A stretch of DNA of 64,000 nucleotides from assembly GCA_044220955.1 (NCBI GenBank), contig JBGAQA010000006.1, positions 67,909 to 131,908 of the forward strand. Reading direction: 5' to 3'. Each line of letters starts with the position of its first letter. Within the stretch, counting starts at the first letter, position 1. This document shows, piece by piece, positions 17,551-26,532 of this stretch. Source of the stretch: Sandaracinaceae bacterium. GTDB taxonomy: Bacteria > Myxococcota_A > Polyangia > Polyangiales > Sandaracinaceae. A program made the translations under genes and the position numbers. Below the pieces are notes generated by a model that saw nothing but the letters and a program-made list of their open reading frames with translations, had not been told where the DNA came from and searched no databases.

Positions 17551-18611
17551 CGCTGGCGCTGATCGCGCTGGCGCTCATCCTCGCCCTCGGGCTCTCCGTC
17601 TTTCTCCACTACGCTTCGTCCGTCCGCCGCTACCACGTCGAGGTGCCCTACGCGCTCGTGGAGCGCCTGCCCACGCCGGACGGCGCCTGCATCGAGCTGC
17701 GGCGGCTTCCAGGCGACACCCTGGTCGCGCGGCCGCCCGTGCTCCTCGTGCACGGGATCGCCATCGACCACCGCAACAACGACATGCTCGAGTCGCTCTC
17801 GCTCGCGCGCACGCTCCGCGCCGCCGGGCGTGACGTCTGGCTGCTCACGCTGCGCAGCGGCATCGAGGGTGCGTCGTGGCGCCACATGCGCCGGGTGCGC
17901 TTCGACCCGATGGCGCGGCACGACCTGCCGATGGCCGTGGCCGAGGTGCGCGCGCGGACCGGCGCTGCGGCGATCGACTACGTCGGCTTCTCCATGGGCG
18001 GCATGCTGCTCTACGCGGCGCTCGGCCGCACGCTCGAGGCCTCGGCGATCCGCCGCGTCGTGATCCTCGGCTCGCCCGGCAAGATGGTGCCACCGCTTCG
18101 CGCGGTCTCGACGCTCGCGCGCGTGCCGCGCTGGCTGGTCCCGGGCCTGCCGCTGCGCATCGCGTCGCGCCTGGTCGCCTTCGTGGCGGAGCACCTCTGG
18201 ACCCCGATCCATGCGCTCGTCTACAACCGGCGCAACGTCGACCGCGGCGTGACGGCGCCGGCCCTGATGACGATCCACGACATCGCGCAGCCGCTGATGG
18301 CCGACTTCGCCGGCTTCCTCGCCGAGGGCGGCCTCTTGCGCTTCGAGGGCAGGCCCGTGCTCACCGGTCTCGCGCATGTGCGGATCCCGGCGCGATTCTT
18401 CGCGGGCGCGGGCGACCTCATCGCCCCGCCCGCGGCGGTGCGCGCGGCGTACGAGGCGTGGGGCGCCGACGAGCCCGCGGTCGACAAGTCGCTCACCGTG
18501 CTCGCCGCCGCGTCGCACGGCGCGGACTACGGGCACGGGGATCTCGCGATCGGAAAGAACCTCGCGCGCGACGTGTTCGCGCCGGCCACCGCGTTCCTCG
18601 ATGCGGCATGA
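17547..18611 (+). CDS. alpha/beta hydrolase (PhaC/lipase-like) with N-terminal TM
   Basis: GTGA overlap; PVLLVHG, GFSMGG nucleophile elbow, AGAGDLIAP, YGHGDL. Confidence 0.85.
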   Translation: MTLALIALALILALGLSVFLHYASSVRRYHVEVPYALVERLPTPDGACIELRRLPGDTLVARPPVLLVHGIAIDHRNNDMLESLSLARTLRAAGRDVWLLTLRSGIEGASWRHMRRVRFDPMARHDLPMAVAEVRARTGAAAIDYVGFSMGGMLLYAALGRTLEASAIRRVVILGSPGKMVPPLRAVSTLARVPRWLVPGLPLRIASRLVAFVAEHLWTPIHALVYNRRNVDRGVTAPALMTIHDIAQPLMADFAGFLAEGGLLRFEGRPVLTGLAHVRIPARFFAGAGDLIAPPAAVRAAYEAWGADEPAVDKSLTVLAAASHGADYGHGDLAIGKNLARDVFAPATAFLDAA

Positions 18612-19188
18612 GCTCCTCGCGATGTGCCTGCTCGGCGCGTGCGGCGTGCCGGCGACGCGGGCAGCGTGTCCCGCCGGCACCCGCGCGGACGGCCCCCGCG
18701 CTGCGGCGATCGAGGCGCGCCTCGGGACGGTCTCCGAGGGCCGCGCGCTCCTCGCGTCGCGCGATCGCGTCGCGGCGATCTGCTTCGGCGACCCCGCGAG
18801 CTCGTCGGTGATCACGGCCGATCGCCTCGTGCTGCTCGCGGGCGCGCTCGAGGAGGGCGAGGCGGCGGCGCGCCTCGGCCACCTGCTCGTGCACGCGCGC
18901 GAGGGGCTGCCGATCGACGAGGTCCACGCCGGCCTCGACGAGGCCGCGTGCGACGCCGCCGTCGAGCGCGCGCTGATGCTCGAGGCGCGCGCGTACGTCG
19001 TCGAGGTCGCGCTGCAAGACGCGCTCGGCGCGCGGCCGACCACGCTCGCGTTCGAGTTCGCTGCGCGGATGCGCGCCGCGAGCGAGGGTGAGCGCGAGGG
19101 CATCGTGACGGCGTACCTGCGCGCGCACCCGCGGGGCGGGCCGGGGATCGATGGCCTCGCGGACGCGTACCGCGCGCGGTGCCGGTGA
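18601..19188 (+). CDS. hypothetical lipoprotein
   Basis: MRHELLAMCLLGACG lipobox; AAARLGHLLVH..EARAY resembles a degenerate zincin helix. Confidence 0.6.
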   Translation: MRHELLAMCLLGACGVPATRAACPAGTRADGPRAAAIEARLGTVSEGRALLASRDRVAAICFGDPASSSVITADRLVLLAGALEEGEAAARLGHLLVHAREGLPIDEVHAGLDEAACDAAVERALMLEARAYVVEVALQDALGARPTTLAFEFAARMRAASEGEREGIVTAYLRAHPRGGPGIDGLADAYRARCR

Positions 19189-19217
19189 AGGGCGAGGGCG
19201 AGGGTGAGGGCGAGGGC
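19188..19217 (+). repeat. hexamer microsatellite (GAGGGC)x5, G-quadruplex-type pattern
   Basis: AAGGGC GAGGGC GAGGGT GAGGGC GAGGGC between convergent genes. Confidence 0.75.
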
Positions 19218-19240
19218 GGACGACTACGGACGGGTCCTCG

Positions 19241-20950
19241 CTACATCGCCCCCAGCACCAGCGTGGGCCGGGACCTCGTCATGTAGTCCCGCGTCCCGAG
19301 CTGGCCGAGCGCCGCGTCGCCCCAGCACCACACGCGACCCTCGTGATCGAGCGCGCACGTGTGGCCCGTTCCGTCGTCGGCGATGCCGCCGGTCGCGATC
19401 GCGTCCACGTCGGTGGGCATCGACACCATCACAGGCGCCGGCCGCATCATCGTCGTGCCGTCGCCGAGCTGGCCGCTCGCGTTGCTGCCCCAGCACGCGA
19501 CGAGGCCTGTCGAGCGCACCGCGCACGCGTGCGTGCCGGCGCTCGGCGCCGAGACGCTCGTCGCGTCCATGATCGCGCTGACCTGGACCGGCGCGGACGA
19601 GGTCGCCGCCATCCCGTCGCCCAGCTGGCCGAGGATGCCGTCGCCCATGCACTCGATCGTGCCCGTGGCGTGCAGGAAGCAGGTGAACGTGCGCCCGCAC
19701 GCGACGCCGATCGCGTCGCTGACGCCGGGCACCTGCACCGGCGCCCCCGGCGTCATGGTCGCGCCCATCCCGCGCTGCCCGTAGGTGTTCGCCCCCCAGC
19801 ACCAGAGCTCGCCCCTCGACGTCACGGCGCACGCGTGCTGGAAGCCCATCGCGACCGCCGACACGTCGGCCATGACCATCGCGGCCGGCATGGAGCTCGG
19901 CGTCGTGCTGCCGAGGCCGAGCTGCCCTCGGTCGTTGGCGCCCCAGCAGAAGAGCGCGCCCATCGCGTCGATCGCGCACGTCGCGCCCACGCCGGCCGTG
20001 ACGCTCTCGTAGGTGGCCGCGCCGGCGACCGCGAGGAGCGAGGACGCGTCGGTCGTCGTCCCGCGCCCGAGCTGGCCGTCCTGACCGTCGCCGAAGCAGC
20101 CGCAGCGGCCGCTCGCATCGACGGTGCAGGTGTGGAGCGAGCCGGCCGAGAGCGATGCGACGCGGCTCACCCCGGCGACCAGGGCGGGGGCGGGGTTGGC
20201 CTCGTACGTCGTGCTCCCGAGCTGATCCTGGTCGTTCCAGCCCCAGCACGTGAGCGCCCCGGCCATCGACGCCGCGCACGTGTGCGCGCCGCCCGCCGCG
20301 ATCACCGCGATGCGCTCGCCGCCGCAGAAGCCGTCCATGCACGCGCCGCTCGGGCACGCGTGACCGCAGGTGCCGCAGTTCGCAGGATCGATCGCGAGGT
20401 CGAAGCCCTCGTCCGCGCTCATGTCGCAGTCGTCGTCGAGGCCGTTGCAGACCTCGTCGACCGCCGCGCAGGCGGCCATGCCGGAGAGCGAAGGAGCCGA
20501 GCCGCTCCACGCGGGCAGCGCCTCGCCGGCGATCGCGATGTCGCGGCACCCGGTCTCGTCGCAGGTCTGCCCCGCCTCGCAGATCCGCGCGACGCAGCGT
20601 GCCGCGAGCAGGACGCGGAGCATGCGGCTCGCGCCCGGCACGAAGCGCGTGCGGACGTCGCGCTCGAGGGTGCTGCCGTCGGTCCGGGTGCCGATCACCG
20701 TGATGAAGACCTCGATGTCCGCCGACGCGCGCGGATAGATCGCCAGCGTCAGCGGCAGGCTCGGCGCGCTCGGCATCGTGAAGTCGGCCGTGGCGTGGGC
20801 CGGCGGGCTGTGCGTGCTCGAGACGTCCACGTCGACGCGATCGAGATCGAGGTCACTGTCGATGACGAGGACGATCTGCGTGGACTGCGCGCAGCCGGCC
20901 GCGAGCAGCATCGCCGACACGAGCGCGAGCACCGACTTCGCGCGCGGCAT
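19241..20950 (-). CDS. RCC1-repeat lipoprotein with Cys-rich CNGLDDDCD unit
   Basis: LAAGC lipobox; repeated HTCA..CWG.N..GQLG; EVCNGLDDDCD and DPANCGTCGHAC. Confidence 0.85.
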   Translation of the reverse strand: MPRAKSVLALVSAMLLAAGCAQSTQIVLVIDSDLDLDRVDVDVSSTHSPPAHATADFTMPSAPSLPLTLAIYPRASADIEVFITVIGTRTDGSTLERDVRTRFVPGASRMLRVLLAARCVARICEAGQTCDETGCRDIAIAGEALPAWSGSAPSLSGMAACAAVDEVCNGLDDDCDMSADEGFDLAIDPANCGTCGHACPSGACMDGFCGGERIAVIAAGGAHTCAASMAGALTCWGWNDQDQLGSTTYEANPAPALVAGVSRVASLSAGSLHTCTVDASGRCGCFGDGQDGQLGRGTTTDASSLLAVAGAATYESVTAGVGATCAIDAMGALFCWGANDRGQLGLGSTTPSSMPAAMVMADVSAVAMGFQHACAVTSRGELWCWGANTYGQRGMGATMTPGAPVQVPGVSDAIGVACGRTFTCFLHATGTIECMGDGILGQLGDGMAATSSAPVQVSAIMDATSVSAPSAGTHACAVRSTGLVACWGSNASGQLGDGTTMMRPAPVMVSMPTDVDAIATGGIADDGTGHTCALDHEGRVWCWGDAALGQLGTRDYMTRSRPTLVLGAM

Positions 20951-21750
20951 CACTCGACCGGGACCTGGTGCGGCGGGAGGTTGCCGAAGAAGGGAGGCGG
21001 GGCGCCCTGCGCCGTCACGCCGATCGCGACGCCACCCGCGACGAGCCCGGCGAGCAGCACGCCTCCGACGATCCAGAAGGCGGGCTCGTCGAGGATCGAG
21101 CGCCCTTGGGCGGGCGGCGGCGTGATCAGCGGATCGGGTGCGCCGTCGGGCGGTGGCAGGCCGAGATCGGGCGGCGCGTCGAGGACGACCTCGGCCTCGA
21201 CTCCTTCCTCGGCGGTGAACGTGACCACGCGCGGCTCGGCGCCCTCGCGGAGGATCGTGAGCGTGTGCTCGCCCGGGTCCACGGGCAGCGCCGAGCCGAT
21301 GGCCGCCGCCGAGAGCTGGTACTCGTCGAGCGTGACGGTGTCGGAGTCGAGCAAGCCGCGGATCTCGAGCCGCGCGTGCGGGATGCGCGGCTCGAGCGCA
21401 TCGAGCTGGGCCTGCGCCTGCCCGCGCACGCGCGCGGCCGCGCCCGACTGCGCCTCGGAGAGGAACATCCGGTAGGCCTCGGCGGCCTCCACCAGGCGAC
21501 CGACCTGCGCGAGCGCGCCCGCGAGGTTCATGATCGTCATCGGTCGGGGCGCCAGCTCGAGCGAGCGCTGGAATGCGTCGACGGCGTCGGGCCAGCGCTG
21601 CTCGCGCGCCGCGCGTACGCCCTCGCGGAACTGGTCGCGCGCCAGCGCCTGCTCGCTCGCCGACTGCGCCTGCGCCAGCGCGGGCACCGCGAGGGCGACC
21701 GCCAGCGCCACGACCAGCGCGCGACCGAGCGCGTACGGACGCGCCGTCAC
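20950..21750 (-). CDS. TPR + PEGA-like membrane protein
   Basis: signal peptide, TPR (A..FQRSLELAPRP...NLA..L...GRLVEA.EAY), LPVDPGEHTL, C-terminal TM (FWIVGGVLLAGLVAGG). Confidence 0.8.
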   Translation of the reverse strand: MTARPYALGRALVVALAVALAVPALAQAQSASEQALARDQFREGVRAAREQRWPDAVDAFQRSLELAPRPMTIMNLAGALAQVGRLVEAAEAYRMFLSEAQSGAAARVRGQAQAQLDALEPRIPHARLEIRGLLDSDTVTLDEYQLSAAAIGSALPVDPGEHTLTILREGAEPRVVTFTAEEGVEAEVVLDAPPDLGLPPPDGAPDPLITPPPAQGRSILDEPAFWIVGGVLLAGLVAGGVAIGVTAQGAPPPFFGNLPPHQVPVE

Positions 21751-23258
21751 GGGCAAGTCCTCCCCACCGCCGTGCACGGATCACCGGCGCACCGGTCGCG
21801 CACCTCGCTCGGATCGCAGCTCGCGCCCGAGGGCAGGACGGGCCGGAGCGAGGCGCTCAGCTCGTAGCGGAGCGTCATGTCCGGCTGCACTCCCTGGTAG
21901 GCCTCGACGAACACCGCGTAGTCGCCCGGCGCGGCGTCCTCGATCACCAGCCGTGAGAGGTACGTGCTCGGCGTCGCGCCCGTGTGGTCGTCGTTGCACC
22001 AGCCCATCATCGAGGTCGCGGGCTCCACGCACTGGGTCCGTACGTACACGACCGTGTCGCCGCGGGGGTCGCTGCCCGCGTTCTCGGTCGTGAGCACCAG
22101 GTCCACCGCGACCATGTCGGGCACGGTCACGGTGTAGATGTCCTCGAGGCCGAGCGTGGGCGCGCAGCTTCCCGCGAACAGCCCCGATCCCTGCATGAGC
22201 ACTCCCATCACGGAGGCCGACGTGGTCGCGGTCGTCGGCGTCGCGACCGCGATGGGAGTCGCTGCCCCGCACGCCGAGGCGCGCGCGGGGGTCGGCTGGC
22301 ACGTGTGAGGCATCCCGGGCGCGCAGGTCAGCTCCTCGCTGCAGGCGTGCGTCGCATCGCAGGGCTGGCCCGAGAGCGCGAGGCTGCCGCCGAGCATCGG
22401 GGTGCGGACGTCGACCTCGCTGACGGAGTCTGGCTCGTCGACGGTGCGCACGTAGACGCTCGTCGCGCTGCCCACGCGTGAGGCCTGGTCCGCGGTCAGC
22501 CCGGTCCGCGCGCGCTCGACGAACGTCGTCGCGCCCGAGACCGATCGCGCGAAGGGAGCGCGTACCGCGTCGGAGGCCGTGCGCATTCCGTCCCCGTCCA
22601 GGTCTACGAGCTCGCCCGCGGGTCCGTGGAATCGCAGGACCACACCCCAGCCGTTCCCGTCGGCGTCGCCCCCGCGGACGTCGACGAGCAGCTCGTCACC
22701 GGCGAGCAGCGCGCTCGCCGACTCGATCGTCGGCGGCGCATTCGGCCGCGAGGTGAGCGCGAGCGTGACCGGGCCCTCGTCGTCGGTCGTGTACGACGTG
22801 AGGATGAGGAAGACGTGGTCGCCCCCGTTCGCGAGGAAGTCCGCCCGCGCGCGGCGATCCTGCGCGTAGTCGTCCCAGCACGCGTCGCTGACCGTTCCGG
22901 CGCACACCCCCCTACGCAGAGCGAGCACGGTGTCGAGCGAGCGATCGGTCCCGACGACGCCGGTGTTGGCGACGATCGCGTGCGGGCCGCTGCCCGGCAC
23001 CGCGAGCTCGTAGACGATCTGGCCGGCGCCCTCGGTGCCCGTGCAGCCGGTCGTCACCGCGTGGGGCGCCGTGCGCAGGTCGAACATGCGCTGGACGGTC
23101 ATTCCGTCGACGAGCGTGACGACCTCGGGCGCGTCGCAGCTGGCGGCGCGGATCACCCCCCCTTCTTGGCCTGGCGGCGTGACGCTCGTGCCGCATCCGG
23201 CGCCGGCGAGCGCCATCATGGCTCCGAGGGCCCAGCGCGCGCCGTACGGACGAGGCAT
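21747..23258 (-). CDS. Cys-rich lipoprotein with two PPC-like beta-sandwich domains
   Basis: LAGAGC lipobox; DTVLALR..C...ACWDD and DTVVYVRTQC..WCNDD..PGDYAVFVE. Confidence 0.7.
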   Translation of the reverse strand: MPRPYGARWALGAMMALAGAGCGTSVTPPGQEGGVIRAASCDAPEVVTLVDGMTVQRMFDLRTAPHAVTTGCTGTEGAGQIVYELAVPGSGPHAIVANTGVVGTDRSLDTVLALRRGVCAGTVSDACWDDYAQDRRARADFLANGGDHVFLILTSYTTDDEGPVTLALTSRPNAPPTIESASALLAGDELLVDVRGGDADGNGWGVVLRFHGPAGELVDLDGDGMRTASDAVRAPFARSVSGATTFVERARTGLTADQASRVGSATSVYVRTVDEPDSVSEVDVRTPMLGGSLALSGQPCDATHACSEELTCAPGMPHTCQPTPARASACGAATPIAVATPTTATTSASVMGVLMQGSGLFAGSCAPTLGLEDIYTVTVPDMVAVDLVLTTENAGSDPRGDTVVYVRTQCVEPATSMMGWCNDDHTGATPSTYLSRLVIEDAAPGDYAVFVEAYQGVQPDMTLRYELSASLRPVLPSGASCDPSEVRDRCAGDPCTAVGRTCP

Positions 23259-23368
23259 CCAGCCGCCAGGATCGCAAGAGCCGCGAGGCGGGGTCAATGC
23301 CTCATCACGGTGCGAGCGCGGTCGCCGTGCTTGACCCTCCGCGCCCCCAGCCACATGCTCGCGCGCCC

Positions 23369-24682
23369 TTGGGAAGAGCACGCACGCGAACGAAGCCGCC
23401 CGCCCCGATCCGCGAGCACCCCTTCGGTCCGAGCCTCCGGGTCCTGCGCTATCGCCTCGAGAATGGCCTGACCATCCTCGTGCTGCGCGACCCGAGCGCG
23501 CCGATCGTCTCGTACCACACGTGGTTTCGCGTCGGCTCCCGGCACGAGACGCCCGGCAAGACGGGCCAGGCTCACCTGCTCGAGCACCTGATGTTCATCG
23601 AGACCGAGTCGCTCGCCGAGGGCGAGTTCGATCGCCTTCTCGAGGCGGAGGGCGGAGAGAGCAACGCCGCCACCTGGACGGACTGGACCTACTACTACGA
23701 GAACCTCCCGGCCTCGTCGTGGAAGCTGGCGGTGCGCCTCGAGGCAGGGCGGATGAACGGCCTGGTCCTGGCGCCGAAGCGCGTCGCCTCGGAGAAAGAG
23801 GTCGTCGAGAGCGAGCGGCGCGATCGCGTGGAGGACGACGTCGACGGCGCGGTCTCGGAGAAGCTCTACGCGAGCGTGTTCGGCCGGCGCCACCCGTACG
23901 GCTGGCCGACGATCGGCTGGATGCGCGACATCCGCGGCTTCTCGCCCGCCGACTGCCGCCGCTTCTACCGCGCGCACTACGCGCCCAACCACGCGACGAT
24001 CGTGGTTGCCGGGGACGTCGAGCCCGACGACGCGGTCGACACGATCACTCGCGAGTACGGGCACTTCCGCGCGTTCGCCACGCCCACGCCGCCGCCCCTC
24101 GCGGCGCCCGTGCTGCGGGGAGAGAAGCGCCTCGAGATGCAGTGGCCGACGCCGACCGAGAAGCTGGCGATCGGCTGGGTCGCGCCGCGCTTCGCGGAGC
24201 GTGATCACGCCGTGCTCGTCGTGCTGACCCACGTCCTGGCGTCCGGGCGCAGCGCTCGCCTGCACGTCGATCTGGTGCGCGAGCGCGAGATCGCCAGCGA
24301 GGTGCGCATGTCGATCGCGCCGTTCCGCGAGGCGTCGCTCGTGGATGGCTGGGTCTCGCTGCGCGAGGGCCACACGGCCAACGAGGCGCTGCGCGCCGTC
24401 GATCTGCAGATCGCGCGGCTCGGTCGCGAGCTCGTGCCCGCCGCGGAGCTCGACAAGGTGAAGAACGGCCTCGAGCTGTCCTTCCTCGGCGGGCTCGAGA
24501 CGGTCCCCGGCATGGCCGAGCAGATCGGGTTCTCGGAGACCGTCGTCGGCGATCCGAGCCACGCCTTCGCGCGCCTCGAGGAGTACCGGAGCGTGACGCC
24601 CGAGGACGTGCGCCGCGTCGCGTCGCGGGTGCTCCGCGCCGACGCGCGCACGATGGTGCGCGTCCGCCGAGGCCACGCTTGA
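23369..24682 (+). CDS. M16-family zinc peptidase, catalytic subunit
   Basis: LENGL, VGSRHE.PGKTG.AHLLEHLMF (HxxEH), NAATW.D.T.Y, HPYGWPTIG, YAPNHA; start uncertain (TTG 23369 follows TTGACC-N17-CATGCT; ORF open from 23297). Confidence 0.9.
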   Translation: MGRARTRTKPPAPIREHPFGPSLRVLRYRLENGLTILVLRDPSAPIVSYHTWFRVGSRHETPGKTGQAHLLEHLMFIETESLAEGEFDRLLEAEGGESNAATWTDWTYYYENLPASSWKLAVRLEAGRMNGLVLAPKRVASEKEVVESERRDRVEDDVDGAVSEKLYASVFGRRHPYGWPTIGWMRDIRGFSPADCRRFYRAHYAPNHATIVVAGDVEPDDAVDTITREYGHFRAFATPTPPPLAAPVLRGEKRLEMQWPTPTEKLAIGWVAPRFAERDHAVLVVLTHVLASGRSARLHVDLVREREIASEVRMSIAPFREASLVDGWVSLREGHTANEALRAVDLQIARLGRELVPAAELDKVKNGLELSFLGGLETVPGMAEQIGFSETVVGDPSHAFARLEEYRSVTPEDVRRVASRVLRADARTMVRVRRGHA

Positions 24683-25983
24683 GCGTCCGCGGTCGATTCG
24701 TCACGCCGGCGGGAACGGTGGTCCTCGTCGAGGAGAGCCACGCGATCCCGCTCGTCGACCTGACGGCCGTGCTGCGGAGCGGCTCGCTCGCCGATCCGGC
24801 CGACCTCGAGGGGCTCGCGCGCGTCGCCGCCCGGATGCTGCGCATGGGCACCGGGACGCGGAGCGCGGAGCAGACCGAGGAGACGCTCGAGCGGCTCGGC
24901 GCCTCGCTCGCGATCGACGTCTCGCACGGCACCATTCGCTTCATGGGGTCCGTGATCGCGCGGTCCTTTCCCGCGTTCCTCGAGCTCTTCGGTGAGATCC
25001 TGACGGCGCCGGCCCTGCGTCCGCGCGACCTGGCCCGGGTCAAGCGCGAGTCCATCGCGGACCTCGCGCAGCAGCGGGACAACGATCGGTGGCTCGCGAG
25101 CCGCGCGTTCCGACAGGGCCTCTTCGGAGACCATCCCTACGCGCGCTCGCCGCTCGGGACCGCCGCGAGCCTGCCGCGCATCAAGCGCGAGCACGTCGCG
25201 GACTACCTCGCGCGCCACGTGCGCGGTCCGAACCTCGTCGTCGGCGTCGCCGGAGACGTCGACTCGTCGTCGCTCCCCGCGCTCTTCGAGCGCGCGCTCG
25301 GCCCGCTGGCCCGCGCGCCCGTCCCGAGGACGCCGCTCGCCCCGCCGACGCGCCGCCGCGGTCGCCGCCTGGTGATCGTGGACAAGCCCGGCCGGACGCA
25401 GACGCAGATGTTCGTCGGCACGCTCGGATCGCGGCTGCGCGACCCGGACTTCCACACCCTCCTCGTGGCCAACACCGCGTTCGGCGGCACCTTCAGCGCG
25501 CCGCTCGTCCAGGAGGTCCGGGCGCGCCGAGGGTTCAGCTACTCGGCCTCGAGCCGTCTCGGGGCGGATCGCGAGCGCGAGGCGTGGACCGTCTTCACGC
25601 ACCCGTCTGCCGAGAACGTCGCGAGCTGCCTCGAGCTGGAGCTTCGACTCGTGGAGCGGTTCGTCCAGCGCGGCCCGTCCGCCCAGGAGCTGCGCTTCGC
25701 CAAGAGCTACCTCGTCAAGAGCCACGCCTTCGACCTCGACACCCCCCAGAAGCGCCTCGAGCCACGCGTCGAGGCGGAGGTGCACGGCCTGCCGCGCGCG
25801 TTCCACGAGCGCTTCGTCGAGCGTGTGTCGGCCGTCGAGCTCCCCGCGGCACGGAGCGCCGTTCAGCGCCGGCTCTCCTCGCGCGACCTGACGATCGCCC
25901 TGGTCGCCACCGCGCGTGACGTCGTCAGCTCTCTCGAGCGCCTGGTGGACGACGTTCGCGTCGTCCCCTTCGACCGCCTCTGA
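24679..25983 (+). CDS. M16-family peptidase, non-catalytic partner subunit
   Basis: GLARVAARML (no HxxEH), HPYARSPLGT, FGGTFSAPLVQEVRARRGFSY (R/Y motif); TTGA overlap. Confidence 0.88.
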   Translation: MSVRGRFVTPAGTVVLVEESHAIPLVDLTAVLRSGSLADPADLEGLARVAARMLRMGTGTRSAEQTEETLERLGASLAIDVSHGTIRFMGSVIARSFPAFLELFGEILTAPALRPRDLARVKRESIADLAQQRDNDRWLASRAFRQGLFGDHPYARSPLGTAASLPRIKREHVADYLARHVRGPNLVVGVAGDVDSSSLPALFERALGPLARAPVPRTPLAPPTRRRGRRLVIVDKPGRTQTQMFVGTLGSRLRDPDFHTLLVANTAFGGTFSAPLVQEVRARRGFSYSASSRLGADREREAWTVFTHPSAENVASCLELELRLVERFVQRGPSAQELRFAKSYLVKSHAFDLDTPQKRLEPRVEAEVHGLPRAFHERFVERVSAVELPAARSAVQRRLSSRDLTIALVATARDVVSSLERLVDDVRVVPFDRL

Positions 25984-26178
25984 GGCCGTCAGCGTCCTGA
26001 CGGCGTGCTCGACGTCCTGCGCGGGCGGGCCACACGGAATCGGCCCATATTCGTGCAGTATCGTGATGGATCCGGGTCCCGCCGCGTCCCGCGCCGTGAC
26101 ATCGCGTCGCGTTCGCGACCGCGGAGGGCGCGCGGCGCGGACGGCCGAATTCCCCTCGCTTCGCGCGCTCTCACCCTG

Positions 26179-26193
26179 TGGCACATCGGTTGC
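26179..26193 (+). promoter_or_regulatory. sigma54 (-24/-12) promoter
   Basis: TGGCAC-ATCGG-TTGC matches TGGCAC-N5-TTGC exactly, in a 550-bp intergenic region facing the operon. Confidence 0.7.
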
Positions 26194-26532
26194 GACGGGC
26201 GGACGCCCCAGGGACCCCTCTCGTTCGCGCGCGTGCGTCGGGTGACGTTCGCCGCCGATCGGGGCGGCCTCGGGCGAGGCTCGGTACGGACGACAGCGAC
26301 TCTTGGTGACGAAACCTGGTTGACAGGTACGCGCGGGTGGGTCCTACTCGCGCGCCCTCGGGCTCCACGCCCGTGCTCCGTCTCCTCGCGGGCGGACATC
26401 TCGTGGTCGGCGTTCGTCCGGCCGTGCTCCTTTTCTCTCTTCCTCGCTCTGTCCCCGGTCTCGAACGACTCGAAACCCGCTCGCATTCCACGGACTCGCA
26501 GCTCGACGCAGATGCTCGACGGAGAAGCCTCG

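Noticed and set aside
18840..19000. HLLVH..EARAY as an active zincin site
   Set aside because: It lacks the catalytic Glu of HExxH, which is too weak to call a peptidase.
26005..26532. Upstream extension of the barrel ORF to 26005
   Set aside because: No coding-like composition; the RBS and signal peptide point to GTG 26533, and the region holds promoter motifs.
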